Origin: Spironucleus salmonicida
Taxonomy: Eukaryota
Length of the DNA: 64,000 nt
Direction of reading: 5' to 3'
NCBI RefSeq assembly: GCF_000497125.1
Contig: NC_090598.1
Location: forward strand, 1,674,001 to 1,738,000
A model generated the notes under the pieces. The model was not told where the DNA came from. It was given only the letters and a program-made list of their open reading frames with translations, and ran no database searches. The position numbers and the translations under genes are program-made. Below, piece after piece: positions 40,596 through 54,910 of the stretch. The stretch's first letter is position 1; every line of letters begins with the position of its first letter.

Positions 40596-42689
40596 TCACT
40601 AAAAGTATTTTTCATATTCTGAAACATATTCTTCAAGGTTGATAAGGTCTTTATTGCCTAATTTCCATAGTTATCTATTACCCCATCTATTCATTGGAGC
40701 ATCATATGGTTTTAGGCCAGTACCATTACTGTATGATCTTTAACTTTCTACATCTTTAACAAGCTCAATATTAATATGTTATTCTGATGGATCATGATTT
40801 TTAAACTTTCTAAAACTTTTTTTCATATTCTTTAATTTTGGTTAATTATCAATTCCAGTATTTAACTAAAGTGAGTTATTTAATTTTGTGTTTTCTTATT
40901 CTAGTTTATCTAGAGTATCAAATAAAATAGTCTTCTCTAAGACTTAAGGAACTTTTTACATTTAAATTTTCTTTTTCTCACCTTAAGTTAAAAATACAAC
41001 AGATTAATTAACTTGTTTCCCACCAAATGCTAACATATTCATTACCGGTTCTGTTTTCAGAAATTCAATATCATTTTTTACATCCTTGGATTTTATATTG
41101 AAAACACCTAAATTATCTTAAACCATATCTTTATTCCGAGTTCTAAGATTCAACCCTTCACTTCCCAATCTATACTTTTACATAGCATCAGTATCTACAA
41201 ACTCATTATGATCATACTACTCTTATGGGCAATAAACAGTAAATGCAATATCACAAGTTGCCTTATCTAGTTTTTCATTAATTTTATGTTTAAATTCGTT
41301 AGCATCTATAAGATTTGGCATATTTATTAGTTAATCAATTAATTTTGATGATAGTAATAAACCCAATGCATTTATTTATTCAGATCTAACAGTAACAGTA
41401 TCCACTGCCTTTGAATGAAGTCGTCTAAGCAACATATCTGTTATATCAATTACTTGTTTTTATTTCTATCTTCTTGTAGATTATTCTTCAACCCATGATG
41501 TCGTCATCTAAGTAATCTCCTTTAAAAAGTGCTCTGAATGTTATAGACAATTTGCAGCATCTTCTGTCAATTTGATCTCAAAAATGTCTACCATTTTGTG
41601 TTTCATAGATTAAAGTACTCCATCTACATAAATAAGTTTAAAATTTGTGATATCATTTTACCAAGATTTTTATACATCTGAAACTTGATTTCCTAATTAT
41701 ATTAGGTATGAATCATCAGTAAAATACTTCGCTAACTAACTTTCCACGTAAGTAATTGTATCTTATATTGCTGCTAGTCTATTAGTCAAATATTATTACA
41801 TATCTATCTTAAAATTTGATATACGTTTATCAATTTCACTTTAGTAATATAAGATACTGTTTTTCAGCCATAATTATAATTCTCTTTGATCATCTACCAA
41901 ATTATTACTTATATCTAAAAACTGATCTACTTATTTTTTATCTAAAAACTCATCTTCTTTCTCATCGGAATATGAATTTAGAAGTTAACTGCAAACATTC
42001 ATAGTTTAATCAACAATGGACTGCTATATATAACCTTCCTGGTATCTTTTAAGATCCATATTTTAAATAGTTTATTGAAAATTTTAATGTTCAATTTAAA
42101 TTCTCTATTACATTTTTTGTTCGTATTCATCTGTTAACTATAACACATTAAATGTGGCCAATGATACTCTCTCTTAAATATCTTGATACATCTATGTTTA
42201 TTTGGTAACTGTTTATTTAAATGTTTTGATCATTTTTTAAACATCTATTGAAATAGCTTTAGCTTAATCTTGGTATTATTGCAGCTTTCTGCTAAATGTA
42301 GCAGCATAACTCATACCTGGATAGAGTAGTTCTTTTTTAGTATCTATTAATTTTCCATTGACATCTTCTAAGCATTCAACCAATACTGTTTATGCTGAAA
42401 TTCCATCTTTTAATTATGTAAACTAAAGTTATGACGCTAACGAAAACTCATCTATATCAATACTTAATGCAATATTAAATTTTTAAATAATAGACTTCAT
42501 ATTTATTTCAAAAGCTAGATCTGCTTTATCCTAAGTTATTTCATATAACTATTAAGTATTTTATAATCTATTTTTCTAATGTAGATGTTTTAATTTTTAC
42601 TAATATCTATTTAAAATATGGCAGTCTTATTATATTTAATTTATTTTCGCAATTAGCGAAGGTGGAAAATCAAGAGTATAATCTGTCAT
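40596..42689 (-). CDS. Hypothetical helical protein (~697 aa)
   Basis: ATG at 42689 (MTDYTLDFPPS) is in frame with TAG TGA at 40596. Confidence 0.6.
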
Positions 42690-42787
42690 TTTTGGAAATT
42701 ATCTATATACAATATAATATTATGATAAAAGCAGGCTATATATTATTTAATTATATAATATAGTAATATTTATATTTAAATTAAAAA

Positions 42788-43306
42788 ATGTAATTAACTT
42801 AATCTTAAAGATCAATACTATATTTATCTGGATTTTAAAATGAATAACTCTTAAATAAAGAGATAATACACTTAAAAAATCACTCACAATAAAGTTTTAA
42901 TAGATTGCATAATTAATCCATAGGACGTATAAATGGTGCATTTTAAACATAATCATCTAGATAGATATTTACTAGAACGCATAACCCATCACCAACTAGA
43001 TACTAATCAGATTAGTCATTACCTATGGATACAAAACATTATTTTAAACGAGGTTAATCATTTTAGGCCCAAGATGGGTCGAATGTTTCTATTATGGCAA
43101 TTGCAGAGAAAAAAATTAAAGATAGATTTGAGTTAAGTAAAGAAATAATGTACAGAGCAAATAACTCAATTGGATTATCACCTTTTATTACTAAATAGGT
43201 GAAATAAAAATTAATCTAGTAACACTAAATAAATTTAACGTAGCCATAAGCCTTAAATTTAGCTTAAATAATAGGGATTCCGCGTCGTATACATAAATAA
43301 TAATGA
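42788..43306 (+). CDS. Hypothetical basic protein
   Basis: 172-aa frame read fully, containing AFQTQSSR..PSPTRY. Ends TAA TAA TGA. Confidence 0.6.
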
Positions 43307-43315
43307 ATTTTATTA

Positions 43316-46270
43316 TCACTCCAGGTCTTTATCTGAATTTAATATATCAAACCAATATGATCTATTAATGTGTAGTTGCTATTTAATTCTCTGATAAAAA
43401 TCAACATATTCTAATCTTATTTTTATTTCAGTTAGTTTTTACCATTCTTTTAGTTTATCTTTAAGAAATTTTAGACCTTTTTCTTATATATTATCAATAA
43501 TATAAAGTTAGTATAATGGAAGTATAATATCTTAGCACACATCTTCTTGATGTGGTAAATACGATTTTGGCAATGCAAATGTTTCAATTTGCTATTATTT
43601 CTTTAATTACTATTGTAGATTACTACCTAATAATTCTAATGTTTCTCTCTTTCTATAATTATCACTAAAAATTGATAGATATAATACTACATTTAAAAGT
43701 ATTTCTGAATAATTACTCTGTTTAGACGCCTCATCAGTCAATTTTTTCCTTGCACTATCAATTAATTTTTGATCCTCATCATTTTTTAATACTACTACTA
43801 AGTCTAATTCCAATTGATCCATAATTAACTTGTTATTAAATTTCTAGTTATTCATTTTAGCGATTAATCTGTCAAAATTTTTACCATCAAATGAAATTAA
43901 TTAATCTATAAATTTTTTTCGAATTTATTTAATAGTATCATTTGGAATACTACCTAGTAAGGAACTTTTAAGAATAATATTCCAACCATTTGTTGAGGCA
44001 CATCGTTGATTTGGATTTCTATCATTATATATTATTGAAAGTGCGTGTTAAACTGAAATTATAGAGTGATCATCAAGACCAGAATGTGCAATGCTACTAC
44101 ATGATGCAGCTAAAATAACTGCTAATACTAACTCTTTTGAAAATATCTTTTTACAGTCGGCTTCAAACGATCCCTATAGTGAATAAATGAAAGCAGTTAG
44201 TGTTTATATACTTAACATAGATCTCATAACATTATAGTATGGTTATTTAGAAGAGTCTTAAGAGACAATTTTCGAAAATAATTGAATAGATTTTATAGGT
44301 AAATCAAATATAATTAGTAACCCTAAAGTATTTAATGATGTTAAAAGGACTATTTCCAATGGATAATCTATTGAATTATCTTTTTGTAGAATATAAGGAT
44401 CATAATCTTCGATACTTAAGAAGTCATCAAGTTTAATAAGTTATTTAATTATTTATTACTATTCATGTGCAGATAATTGGGAAAATTTTTATTATTATTT
44501 TTTAGAATGTACTTTTGGTATATCAATTAAGAATTATCTATAACTACCATCTTGAGCCTAATAACCCTTTAATAAAGTAATTGAAGTTTCCGTTGGTGTT
44601 TAAGACATGGCTTCAGAAATTGTATCATCAAATTATTATTTGCTATCTTTGGTTATCACTGGCTATTTTATGTTGTAAACTTATTTTTAATCTATCTATA
44701 ACCTTTAAAAAGGTCTATAACCAATTTAGCTTGAAAGAGTTGATGCATATATCCCACAAATGTGTTCCTAATTTCGTACAAAGCCTGATAGCTTCATAAA
44801 ATCAGCGTTTAAAACATTCAGATATTCTTATATCTAATTTTACTAAGTTGGATCAATAAGGTCGATATGATAAATAAGACTTTTAGTTGATTGAATAATT
44901 CTTTCTGATTATGTTTTAAATCTTTCTTTACTAGCATCATGATCATCAAATATGCGTACAAATGCTATTAATGGATTTTCAGATATTTCTCTAAATTAAT
45001 CCATTTCTTTCATTTTAATAATATTAGAATAAATTTCATTAAAAGCATTGTATGCTAATAACTTTGCCCCTAATTTTGATTTATAAAAAGCAGGGATTAT
45101 CATTTATTAAAGAAATTCTATTGATTCCTACTCGGCTTCATTAAATAATATTAAATATTCATCTCTTTTTAATTATGAAAGTTTCATGAACTTATTTCGG
45201 ATAACTAATTGTGTTTATTAAGAAAAATAGCACTACTGATCTAAATTATTAAAATGTTATTAATATATTTATTAGACTAATTGTTTATTAACTAAATAAT
45301 TTTGGGGATTCCGCAATTAAGCAGTGTCGACTAAAAATTAAAATTATGGTTGCCCTTATTATCTTTATTATAAAAATAATTAAAATGCTTTGCGATCTTT
45401 AATATTTAATAAAACCTCCTATAATGTTTCTGGTATTGGTGAATCTCTATCAGACATAAATAAAATAACTAAGGAGATCCACTCTAATGGATAATAAAGA
45501 TGGAAGATTAATCTGGAATATTTAATTTTGATTATCTCAATAAATTAACCAATGATAAGTAAACTCATTGTAAAATATACACGGCGTTTAGATAATGTTG
45601 TTATTACTGAATATGAAGTTGGTGAAATTGAAAGCTAGTTTTCTTTTGACACATTAAATACCTCATCTATAAGATAGGATAATTATTATGGATCTGTTGT
45701 TTGTAATGCATCATTAATTTCTTTTTCTAATGATTTTCCTTAAATATAATTTAAAATTATATTGTATCCAAAAATAACTATTAAAACTACCTATTTTGAC
45801 ATGATTTCATCATCAAGTAATGAATATATAAAAGAAGTTGCCTGATTTCTTTATTCTTCTGTATTCGCCAGTTCAATCATTTCAATAACTATAAATCCTA
45901 GTAAATGTGGTAATTAAGTTAAAGGGGTTTTCATCATAGCCTAAAAAGGAGATTATGAATACCAATTTAGTAATAAACCTCTTAATGGTACTAACATAAT
46001 TATAACCAGCATGTAAAGGAATTTTGAAAGAAATAGGAATGTAAGGAACTATTAAAAATATTCTTAGAATGATAAAGTTAAAATGATACTGTGGGTAATA
46101 TAAGCTATAATAAAAAGACATACACAAACTAAATAGAAGCCTTATGGGTGAATTTTATTAGTACCTTTACTAGGAAATATAAATGCTACTAATAATATAG
46201 ATAGAGACAAATATTAAAGAACTTACCAATAAAGAAGATATGTAAAATCCACTTATTATTAATTAGCCAT
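43316..46270 (-). CDS. Multi-TM + RGS domain + degenerate class I cyclic nucleotide phosphodiesterase domain (~984 aa)
   Basis: N-terminal hydrophobic helices. RGS-like TLQEVLLNIKDRKAFQLFL..FQFLVD..QIYQQHF..LFNEAEQESIEFL..PAFYKS. PDE-like QPYYNVMRS, LAVILAASCSSIAHSG, LSIIYND. Confidence 0.75.
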
Positions 46271-46389
46271 TTAATAAAAATTCGAAAGTATTATTATACT
46301 ATTAAGTTTAATTATAAGTAAATATTTTATTAAATATAATTAAAATCATATGAATACAGTATATTTTTTAATAAATATAATTACTAAAA

Positions 46390-46650
46390 ATGTCAGAAAT
46401 TAATGCGGAAACCATGTCAAAGCTTGCAAGCTCATTTACTAATGATATTGGTTCAATTCACCAAGATGTACTTTCATTATCTAATGATATTAAACTTTTA
46501 GTTTTAAGTTAAGATTAATAACTTAAGTGTATAGAAAATACTTTAAGAAAAATAAACTACAAATAAATTTAAGATCATCTTTTTTATATACTAGGAAGTA
46601 GTATCGTCTTTCTTATTTTATCTGCGTTCACAAGAGTTTTTGAGAAATGA
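46390..46650 (+). CDS. Small tail-anchored coiled-coil protein, SNARE-like (86 aa)
   Basis: Heptads IGSIHQDVLSLSNDIKLLVLSQDQQL followed by TM LFYILGSSIVFLILSAF. Confidence 0.55.
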
Positions 46651-46702
46651 TTATTATTTGGATCATTCTAAGTATAATATTATATTGTAATACCTGACAA
46701 TA

Positions 46703-48106
46703 ATGAACTCATGCCATATGCAGAGAACTGTCTCAACACCATTACTATAATTTATTCCTAATAGACCAATAAATTTTAAGTAGCTAGTACCAAAAGATAT
46801 AAGTAATCTTTGTCAAAAATGCTAAATAAATCTGCAAAAAATATTTTCCGAATATGATCATTTCATTTATATCTTACAGACAAAACATACATAAAATATA
46901 TCCTCGCCGAACTAGTAGTAAATTTACAATAATCAGATGGAAACTCCGGTTAAACGCCCAATTTAGTAAGTATGTTCTAACGCCTCACTTATTTATTAAA
47001 AAATAATTGAAAAATAAAAAATAGAAATTAAAGAATTAAAATCTATGGAATATAAAATGAAATAAGATATTAGATCTAGGTTTAATTAAGAATAAGGATA
47101 CTTAAAGTAATAATTATTAACCAATTTTGAAGCTATTGATAAACTTAATAAAGATATAGAACACTTAGAAAAAGCAGTCACTATATCTAATAATAAAAAT
47201 TAAGTGCTTTTACTTGAGAAATAAGAATTCGTGTAAATTAAGTATAAGTTTGAAATATAAATAGACTAAATGTTTAAACTCTTAGAAGAGAAGACAAAGT
47301 CTAATTAATGTTTTTAGTAAAAAAATATAAAACTTTGTTAAACAAATCAGTTCTTTGATGGATTGTAGTAGAAGTATAGAGAATCAGAGGATTAAATATT
47401 TTAATTAAACTTAGAATTATAAAAATATTAAATTATAAATACTAAACTTACCGATATATAAGAATAACTGAACTCATAATTAGCAAATCAATAATATGAA
47501 ATAGATAAAATTACTGTTAACTTAAAGATCAAATAGTCTCATATAGAAAATTTGGAGGAATAAATAGCTCTTTTATAAATTCGTTAAGACTCGTAAAATT
47601 TGGCTGAATCGTTCAAAAACTCTAACTAATCATTTTCAGAAATACCAGATACAATAACTAACTTTTAAGGATTAATGAATTAAAGTTTTGATTGTTTTGG
47701 AATGAATATTAACGTTGACAATGATGAATCAATGTTTGTGTAATAGTATGGGAATTATTAAAATCTCTAACATAATATAGATATTTATACAAATATTGTA
47801 AAATAATAATTTAAAAAAGAATATTAATAAATTCAATAGTTAGCTTTTTCAGTTTAATATTTATAAGATTTTTCAATTGGTATTCCAATTATAGAAAAAG
47901 CAAGGTAAGGTAATAAAGACTATAAAAAAGCTATTGGAAGCTATCTAATTTTAACTCAAAAAATCAGTTAGATAAAAATATCTAGCTCTGTATTTAATGA
48001 TAATCAATTAAAAGATACATTACTTATGATATACGATGGCTGGGAAGTTGGAGGTATGAGAGGCATAGTTTATCTTAAAAAAGAAGGTGTCTGTAAATAT
48101 GTATGA
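46703..48106 (+). CDS. Hypothetical coiled-coil protein
   Basis: ATG at 46703 is in frame with TGA at 48104. The central part is Q/E/K-rich. Confidence 0.6.
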
Positions 48107-48147
48107 TTTATTATATATTTGATATAAGATATTTTTTATAAAATTTA

Positions 48148-51100
48148 ATGTTAAAGATTTCACCTAAGTCTGTTATAATACAAGAGTCCATTTTTTAATA
48201 AATTTTACTTAAAAACTTTTCTGATGACGGGATATAGATTTAATTACGGATCGAAGCTAGATCTAATGACAATATTTAAAGTCTTGTTTCAAGTCCTGAT
48301 TCATTTTTATTAGATACTTATAGACTAACACTCCACCCTCAAGAAGTGGTACCAATTAAAGTATAGTTTATACCTCTAACTAATGACTAGTTTTAAACCG
48401 CTAGAATAATTTTTACTACTAATGATATGAAATTTTAAGCTCCTATTCTTGGAATTACTGGTATATAAAGTTGTATTTTCTAGTAAAATAAGCTTATAAA
48501 TAATGGCACCTGCGATTTGATTATTAAAGATAAAGAAAATTCAGCCAAAATACTAAAAATATAAGAAATTAGTAAAAGTTCTGAAGATGTACTATTTTGG
48601 CCTGTATATGCTCAAAAAATGTAAATAGAAGGAACTGATGAACACAAAATTGCAGTCTAATTTGGAGATGTATTGGAATTTATGTAGAAATGTATATAAC
48701 GTCCAAAATAAAAAGAAATGGTCGCGAATGCTGTTGGTAGTGAGCTTATGGAAACAATAGAATATAGTGAAGCAGTACTTCCAATTGCTATAATTTTGAA
48801 AGATTAGTAGGATATGCATCTATGTAAAGATCAACCAGTTTAAAATATCTAAGAAGTAACATAACAATAAAATGATACTTTACAAAGGCCAAATGAAACT
48901 ATCCAAATTGTAAATATACCTTAAAGTACTTAAATATAGAACTAAATATCAATTGAATAATAATATAATACGCTGTAAGAAGAAGAGTAACCTGGATAAA
49001 TATTTAACTCAGATGAATCAATTGCTCGAAATAGTGTATTATAATAAGAAAGTTCAAATAATTATAAATCAGAATACTATGATCTAAATAAAAATACTAT
49101 TTAATTTTCAGCAAATGATGACACCTCTTCAATTTTGTCTAAGATACAAAACAAAAATGTTCCAAAATATATATTAGATTAATATTAATAAGAATTATAA
49201 GAACTCAATGCTTTAGAATAGTAACTCAACTCAAGAGGATATTAAGATGAAAGTATATATGATTAATAATACGATTAGAAAAACTATATATACGAAACTG
49301 AAGTTATTCCAGAATTTATGCCAGTTACAGTTTAATTTATAGATGGAGAGTTACATTATACTCCATAGAATTTAATTTTTGTTAATGACGTCCCTATTTA
49401 TCCAATTCTGTATTAAAATACATATTGGAGAACCTTGAACTCATAATTTACTTTATCCACACCTAAGTTTCCCCCATATAATGAAAAAATATCAGAATAA
49501 TCCACTGCACAAATACTTTATTTAACTGGCTAAATACATATATAGAATACATCTCATTAATCTGGATTTCATCAAAAAATATCTAGTATATACCCTGAAT
49601 AATCAGATTAAGTCGCATAGATGGCGTCAAATATGTAATATTTGTATTTTAATATTGATTTTATTACATAGTAATAAGAGTATTCAAATTTCAGAATAAA
49701 TATTAAATCTGATGATTAACTTTCAGGAAGATTGGATCCTAGCGAAACTAGGATTATTAATATTACATTTGCAATAACTATTACAAACGTAGAAAATGAC
49801 GCATTACCAGAGTTGCCACAACTATTCTAAAATATGATTTATAATACTAATTCTTAAAATATGGAATCTATTACCCCACTTTTCATAAGGATAACTGGGT
49901 TTAGATTTGATAGATATTATTCAGATGAAGAGTTTGACTGCCTACCTGCCTTTTATTAGTTATAAAATGATGATGAGATTAGAGAATCTATAGATATTCC
50001 AGTAGTCTTCCCATCGAATTTAATTGCTGATCGTAAAGTTGAAAAAAGTGTTTAATTAAATTAAATAAGATATCCACAAGGAGATTTACGAATAAACCAA
50101 AATATTGGTAAGGTTACATAAGCTTTTAATATGCAGTTCTTTGATTTTCTAAAAACCTTGCCTATAATAGGTTTAAATGACGTCAATAATATAGGATCAT
50201 TAAAACTAAAAAATTAACCATCGGTGCCAAAAGTTGTAAAATAAGCTAACTAGATTAAAAAATTAGACAAATACCTGACAAATAATAAATAAGGCGGAGT
50301 AATGAGTTTTTCGCCAGTTTCCAACAATAAGAAATCTGTAGCTAAAACGCCAAAGCACAACGATATTTTTATTGAAAATACAGAGTAATAGCAGCTCAAT
50401 AAATTTGAATTAGAAAAATCTTATCCGATTATCTTTAAGAAAAAATCCATTGATTTTAAACAGATTTCAGTATAAGAACTTGACATTTTTTGTTACCCAA
50501 CGAATTTGCCTAGGTGCAGCGAGGAATTAGATGATTTCCCAATTCTATCGCATGCATTCACTTGCAATTCGACATCACTAAAAGTCAAAACCTCAACTTT
50601 GTTTCTTTCGAACGACTATACGGCCGGATACATTGACTTTAAGTTCAAATTATCGCAAAAGTCGGTGGATAGCATCATTGAATCGCTTGTACTGTCCTAA
50701 AGAATGCCTATTTTCTTGGAGCAGCAATTTTGCTTAGAAATTAAATCAGACGGCGCGAATTCGGCGCTAGCAAAGTTCCCGATCTTGGTTCGGGCTGAAC
50801 TCGACCTGGACGAATTCCAGTTCAAGTACGCAAATCCGGGCGTTTCGGGCACTAATATGCCCATCAGAAACGCAATTCAGGGTATCAATTTGAGGCAAAT
50901 TAACGGTTTTGTGGAGGAGATTTTTGCGACCACACAGGTAGTTAAGTGCCCTCCTGTGTTCTACATGTCGAAAACCAAGACCTTTTTGGAGTTGTTTAAT
51001 GGCTCCGGGAGGTCGATTGTGGCGTTTACGTAGGGGTCTGCCCCGCCTTTTAAATGCGTTAATACGTTCCAAATTTCTAGCAATTCTTCGTTTAAGCAAG

Positions 51101-51549
51101 AGATTGAATTTGCGCCTAAAAAGCCTGGAAAATATGAATTTGACATGAAAGTTTAGTGGCCTGACAACTCGAAAGTCAAGGAGATATAGTAGGGCGGAAA
51201 AGGTATTTAGAGGTATCACAATTTGAATGTTAAAGTCGTTGCGATTGCAGTAAATGTGCCGCTTTTGTTAAAGCAAAGCAGCGAAGATTTTCCTAAAACC
51301 GTTAAAATAAACAAATATTAGTTTTCCATGCTCTATATACAGAATATAAGTAATTAGAATGCGAAATTTTCATTTGATGTTGAGTCTAATTTACAGGTGA
51401 GCCCATCGGTAGGAGTAGTCGAACCTGGGGCGTCGGCTGTCGTAAGAATATGGTTTGAGGGTGAAAAAAGGCCAAGTAAGATTAAAGTACTTGGCGAATG
51501 CTTCGGCGCAACTGGTATAGTGTTTGATGGAGTAGGAGAACCTGAATGA
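48148..51549 (+). CDS. ASH/PapD-like (ASPM-SPD2-Hydin) domain protein, possibly CEP192/Spd-2-like
   Basis: Ig-like ASH motifs LTLHPQEVVPIKVQFIP, GRLDPSETRIINITF and LYIQN..VSPSVGVVEPGASAVVRIWF. Contains track ORFs 50506-51033 in frame. Confidence 0.6.
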
Positions 51550-51582
51550 GTATTATTATATTTTAAATATACCTTGATTAAA

Positions 51583-51939
51583 ATGAAACCACGATCTAAA
51601 AATATTATACCAGTAACACCTATAAGACCTCTAGTTAGGCCACTAAGTTAATTAAGCGAAGTTGCTATAATATAATAATTAAAGGATGAAGTAGAACTAT
51701 TACAAAAACAGTTGTATCGAGAGAAATGTATAAACTCGTTGCATACTTATTTAAAATAAGCATAGTATACTTCCAGCGACATGGTCGAGTAATTTGAATA
51801 TTCAAAATCACATTAAGATTCATAAGAGGCAAAATTATTAAGGAAAATCACAGAGTAATTTGAAGTTATTATAAATGATACTTCTATTGAGCTAGGATAT
51901 AATGATGAAGTAGTATTTTTCAACGATTTACTATAGTGA
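51583..51939 (+). CDS. Small hypothetical coiled-coil protein
   Basis: 118-aa frame. Ends TAG TGA. Confidence 0.6.
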
Positions 51940-51948
51940 TAACAAAAT

Positions 51949-52266
51949 TCATTACATTTATTTAATCGTTTCATGCAAATGCTTTAATAACTCAATTTCT
52001 GTTTTACCGTCAAATTCTATTAATACTGAAGAAATAATACAAACTTATTTTTGTATAATCTCTGAGAGCCATTTAGATATATTTTTTAACGTGTTAGAAC
52101 TTCCTAATAAATTTATAGGCTCGCAATCATCAATAGGCTGTTGAATCACTATATCAGTTAATTCATTATTGATATTTACTAATGATATGGTGATTGATTT
52201 ATTTAACTGAAAAATATTAACATCACATTGCAAGGTACAACCTTAAAATATATTAGTTTACTTCAT
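51949..52266 (-). CDS. Proteasome assembly chaperone PAC4/PSMG4-like
   Basis: VNIFQLNKSITISL..ELTDIVI..PINLLGSS..NISKWLSEIIQKQVCIISS follows the PAC4 pattern. 105 aa. Confidence 0.5.
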
Positions 52267-52329
52267 TTTTAGTGTATCTATATTTTTATTATATAACTAG
52301 ATATAATATTTTTTGCAATAAATTACCTA

Positions 52330-53049
52330 ATGAAAATATCAGTTCTTGAAGCTACACTAAGAATTCAATCGGTATATAGAAGATAAAATTACAGGAATAT
52401 ATTTATTAGAATAATAAAATTACTATATTAACTTTAATAATGTGATTAAAACTATTTTTTAGCTGCATTAAATTAAAGTTAAATTAAACATGAGCCAGTT
52501 AAAGTTATTTTCAAGCTAAGAGGAGCATAGTTTCCACCAGAAGTAATATATAAATTATAGCTTATAAACTCAATCACCTTAGGTACTTAAAATTTTCAAA
52601 TACCTAAATATATTTAATCATAACCCTAGCCTTTTACTAATAAAAATAAGCATTATATGAGTCTTGTAAAGCCTAGATAATTATCTTCTGTAATTAAACT
52701 TCATGCTATCAAATCATCATATGAAATTTCCCTTCTTTTTGAGATATCATCTAAAAAATTATCTCGTTAAAAACGCGAAACTTTCAGATAACGATAGGCT
52801 CGTAAACTTAAAAAAATGTTTGGCATAGATGAGGAAAAGCCTATTAGAGATTTAGATACTGATTTTTTCGCTGCCAGCCAGGCATCTGATCTTAAAGAAT
52901 TTATTGACATGATTTAACAAAGTGATAAGTCTATTAATGACAAAGATAAAGACAAAATGATAGAAGACTTTTTCTCTACAGAATATGATGGAGAAAAAGT
53001 TGATTTTGATTTAATAATGTAAGATCTTCCTGGCAGTCAATTTGTATGA
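52330..53049 (+). CDS. IQ-motif-containing hypothetical protein
   Basis: N-terminal ATLRIQSVYRRQNYR and an acidic C-terminus. Confidence 0.65.
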
Positions 53050-53102
53050 AAAAGTCTCACTACAATTTATCACCAATGGTAATAATATATACTTATAGTA
53101 TG

Positions 53103-54842
53103 TCAGTCCTTTTTAGATCTGCTAACAAGTGTAAGAAGACAGCACATATAAATGAATAATAATACTCCAAAATTAATACTCTATAACGTATAACCTACTA
53201 AATTATGGTAGTCTTTAATAAAGTATTATGCTAATAATTCTTCAGTCATCTATATAAGAATGATTTTATGATTAAATACCAGTTTAGTAAAAAGTTGGTC
53301 ACTCTAAATTAATAGTGTTTTCCAAACAATTTCCATTCCAAATTTAATAAAAATAGTTGTGCTATTATTTAATAAGTCATATGTTATCTAAAATGTAGCT
53401 ACTAAACAGCTTAACTAAAGACATAAGCCTATACTTTATATTGATATTGTATCAATATAATTTTTTAACCTTAATTTCATCTATTAACAATATTTACCCA
53501 TTTTATTAGAATCTTATTCAAATGTAAGTTCATCATATTACTTATAACTATGCTATACTAAATTATTGAGCTTGTTAAGCTATTACTTATTTACTGCTTA
53601 AACAACCTCGTATTGTTTGCATTATGAATAAATATCGTCAAATTCTGATAAGAATAGTGATGAAGGTGACTTTATGTGATCATTTTCAGTTTTTATACAT
53701 AATTTTTTTCTATTTGAATGTGGTTTGATCTTGATTAAAGGTTTTTTATTTATTTTTATCTACGAATAATTTAATGAAATATTAATCTTTTAATGAAAAT
53801 AAAGAATAACAAAAACATAGAATATTAGTAACAGAATTGACTGATTTGCTTCATAGAATGAGAAATAAAAAGAAAGTAAAGAAATAACAACATAGAATAA
53901 AGGTGTTAATGTTTGTTGTTACTCTTTATTATAAACGTCTTTATTTTTTACTAATATAACCAAAATTGGTATTTAAAATAATATAAATGTAATGCATTAC
54001 CAAAATACAAAATTATAATGATTACTATAATATTATTTAACAACAACTGGAAAAGGTAAATATAAATTTTTATAGCCAAATTTTATAATTTGAATGACTG
54101 ATCTTAGTAAAACATATGTATTCGGCTATAATATACATTACTGCTATTCTGAATCTTATAATAGCAATAAAATATTAGGGTAAATATGTTAAAACATGTT
54201 ACTAAAATCATTTTATTAATAAAAAAGATATTCTATAAAAGATATTGATACGATGGTCATTAAGGTCAAAAATATTCTAGTAAAAACCATCTGTCGTTTT
54301 AATGGATGTTAAAAGACCCACTAATAACAAATTATAGATTATGGGAAAACTAAGGATAAGAATTGTTAATTACTTGTACTAAGTAGAAAGAATAATATAT
54401 TTGATAAGAAAACATTTTAATGAACTAGTGCATCTATATATAGCATAAAATTTAATATCTCAAAATGTGAAATAATATTTGGTACATAATAAATGAATAA
54501 ATTATTACTTGTAGTCATACAAACTACTAATACAGTTAATATCTAAAAAAAATTATATCTATTTGGTGGAATAAATTTAGATAATTTAATCAATTACAAG
54601 TAAAGAGTTAATGAAATTAAACTTTCAAGTAATGAATACCAAAGAAACTATAAAATTTAATGAGAAGCAAAAAATTTTCTATATTAATGTTATATTCCTT
54701 GAATTAACGAGAGATTATTTTACAATAAATACTAAATTGATAAACTATTTTGGTCTTAAAACTACTTATCAGGAAAATTTTATGAACTAAAGCTAAATAA
54801 AAGTCGGCAGCCTATAGAAATAAGTAAAACTCCAACTAACAT
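53103..54842 (-). CDS. Multi-pass membrane protein (579 aa)
   Basis: Starts MLVGVLLISIGCRLLFSFS, has many hydrophobic segments, ends LLFIYMCCLLTLVSRSKKD. Confidence 0.6.
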
Positions 54843-54910
54843 ATTATTAAAAGGAAGTAAATAACATAATTATTATCATATATTATAGTAGAAATTATTT
54901 GAATTCTTTT

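Noticed and set aside
50767-51219. 150-aa minus-strand track ORF
   Set aside because: Antisense to the ASH-domain gene in the GC-rich block, with no recognisable motif. Such open frames are expected by chance at higher GC.
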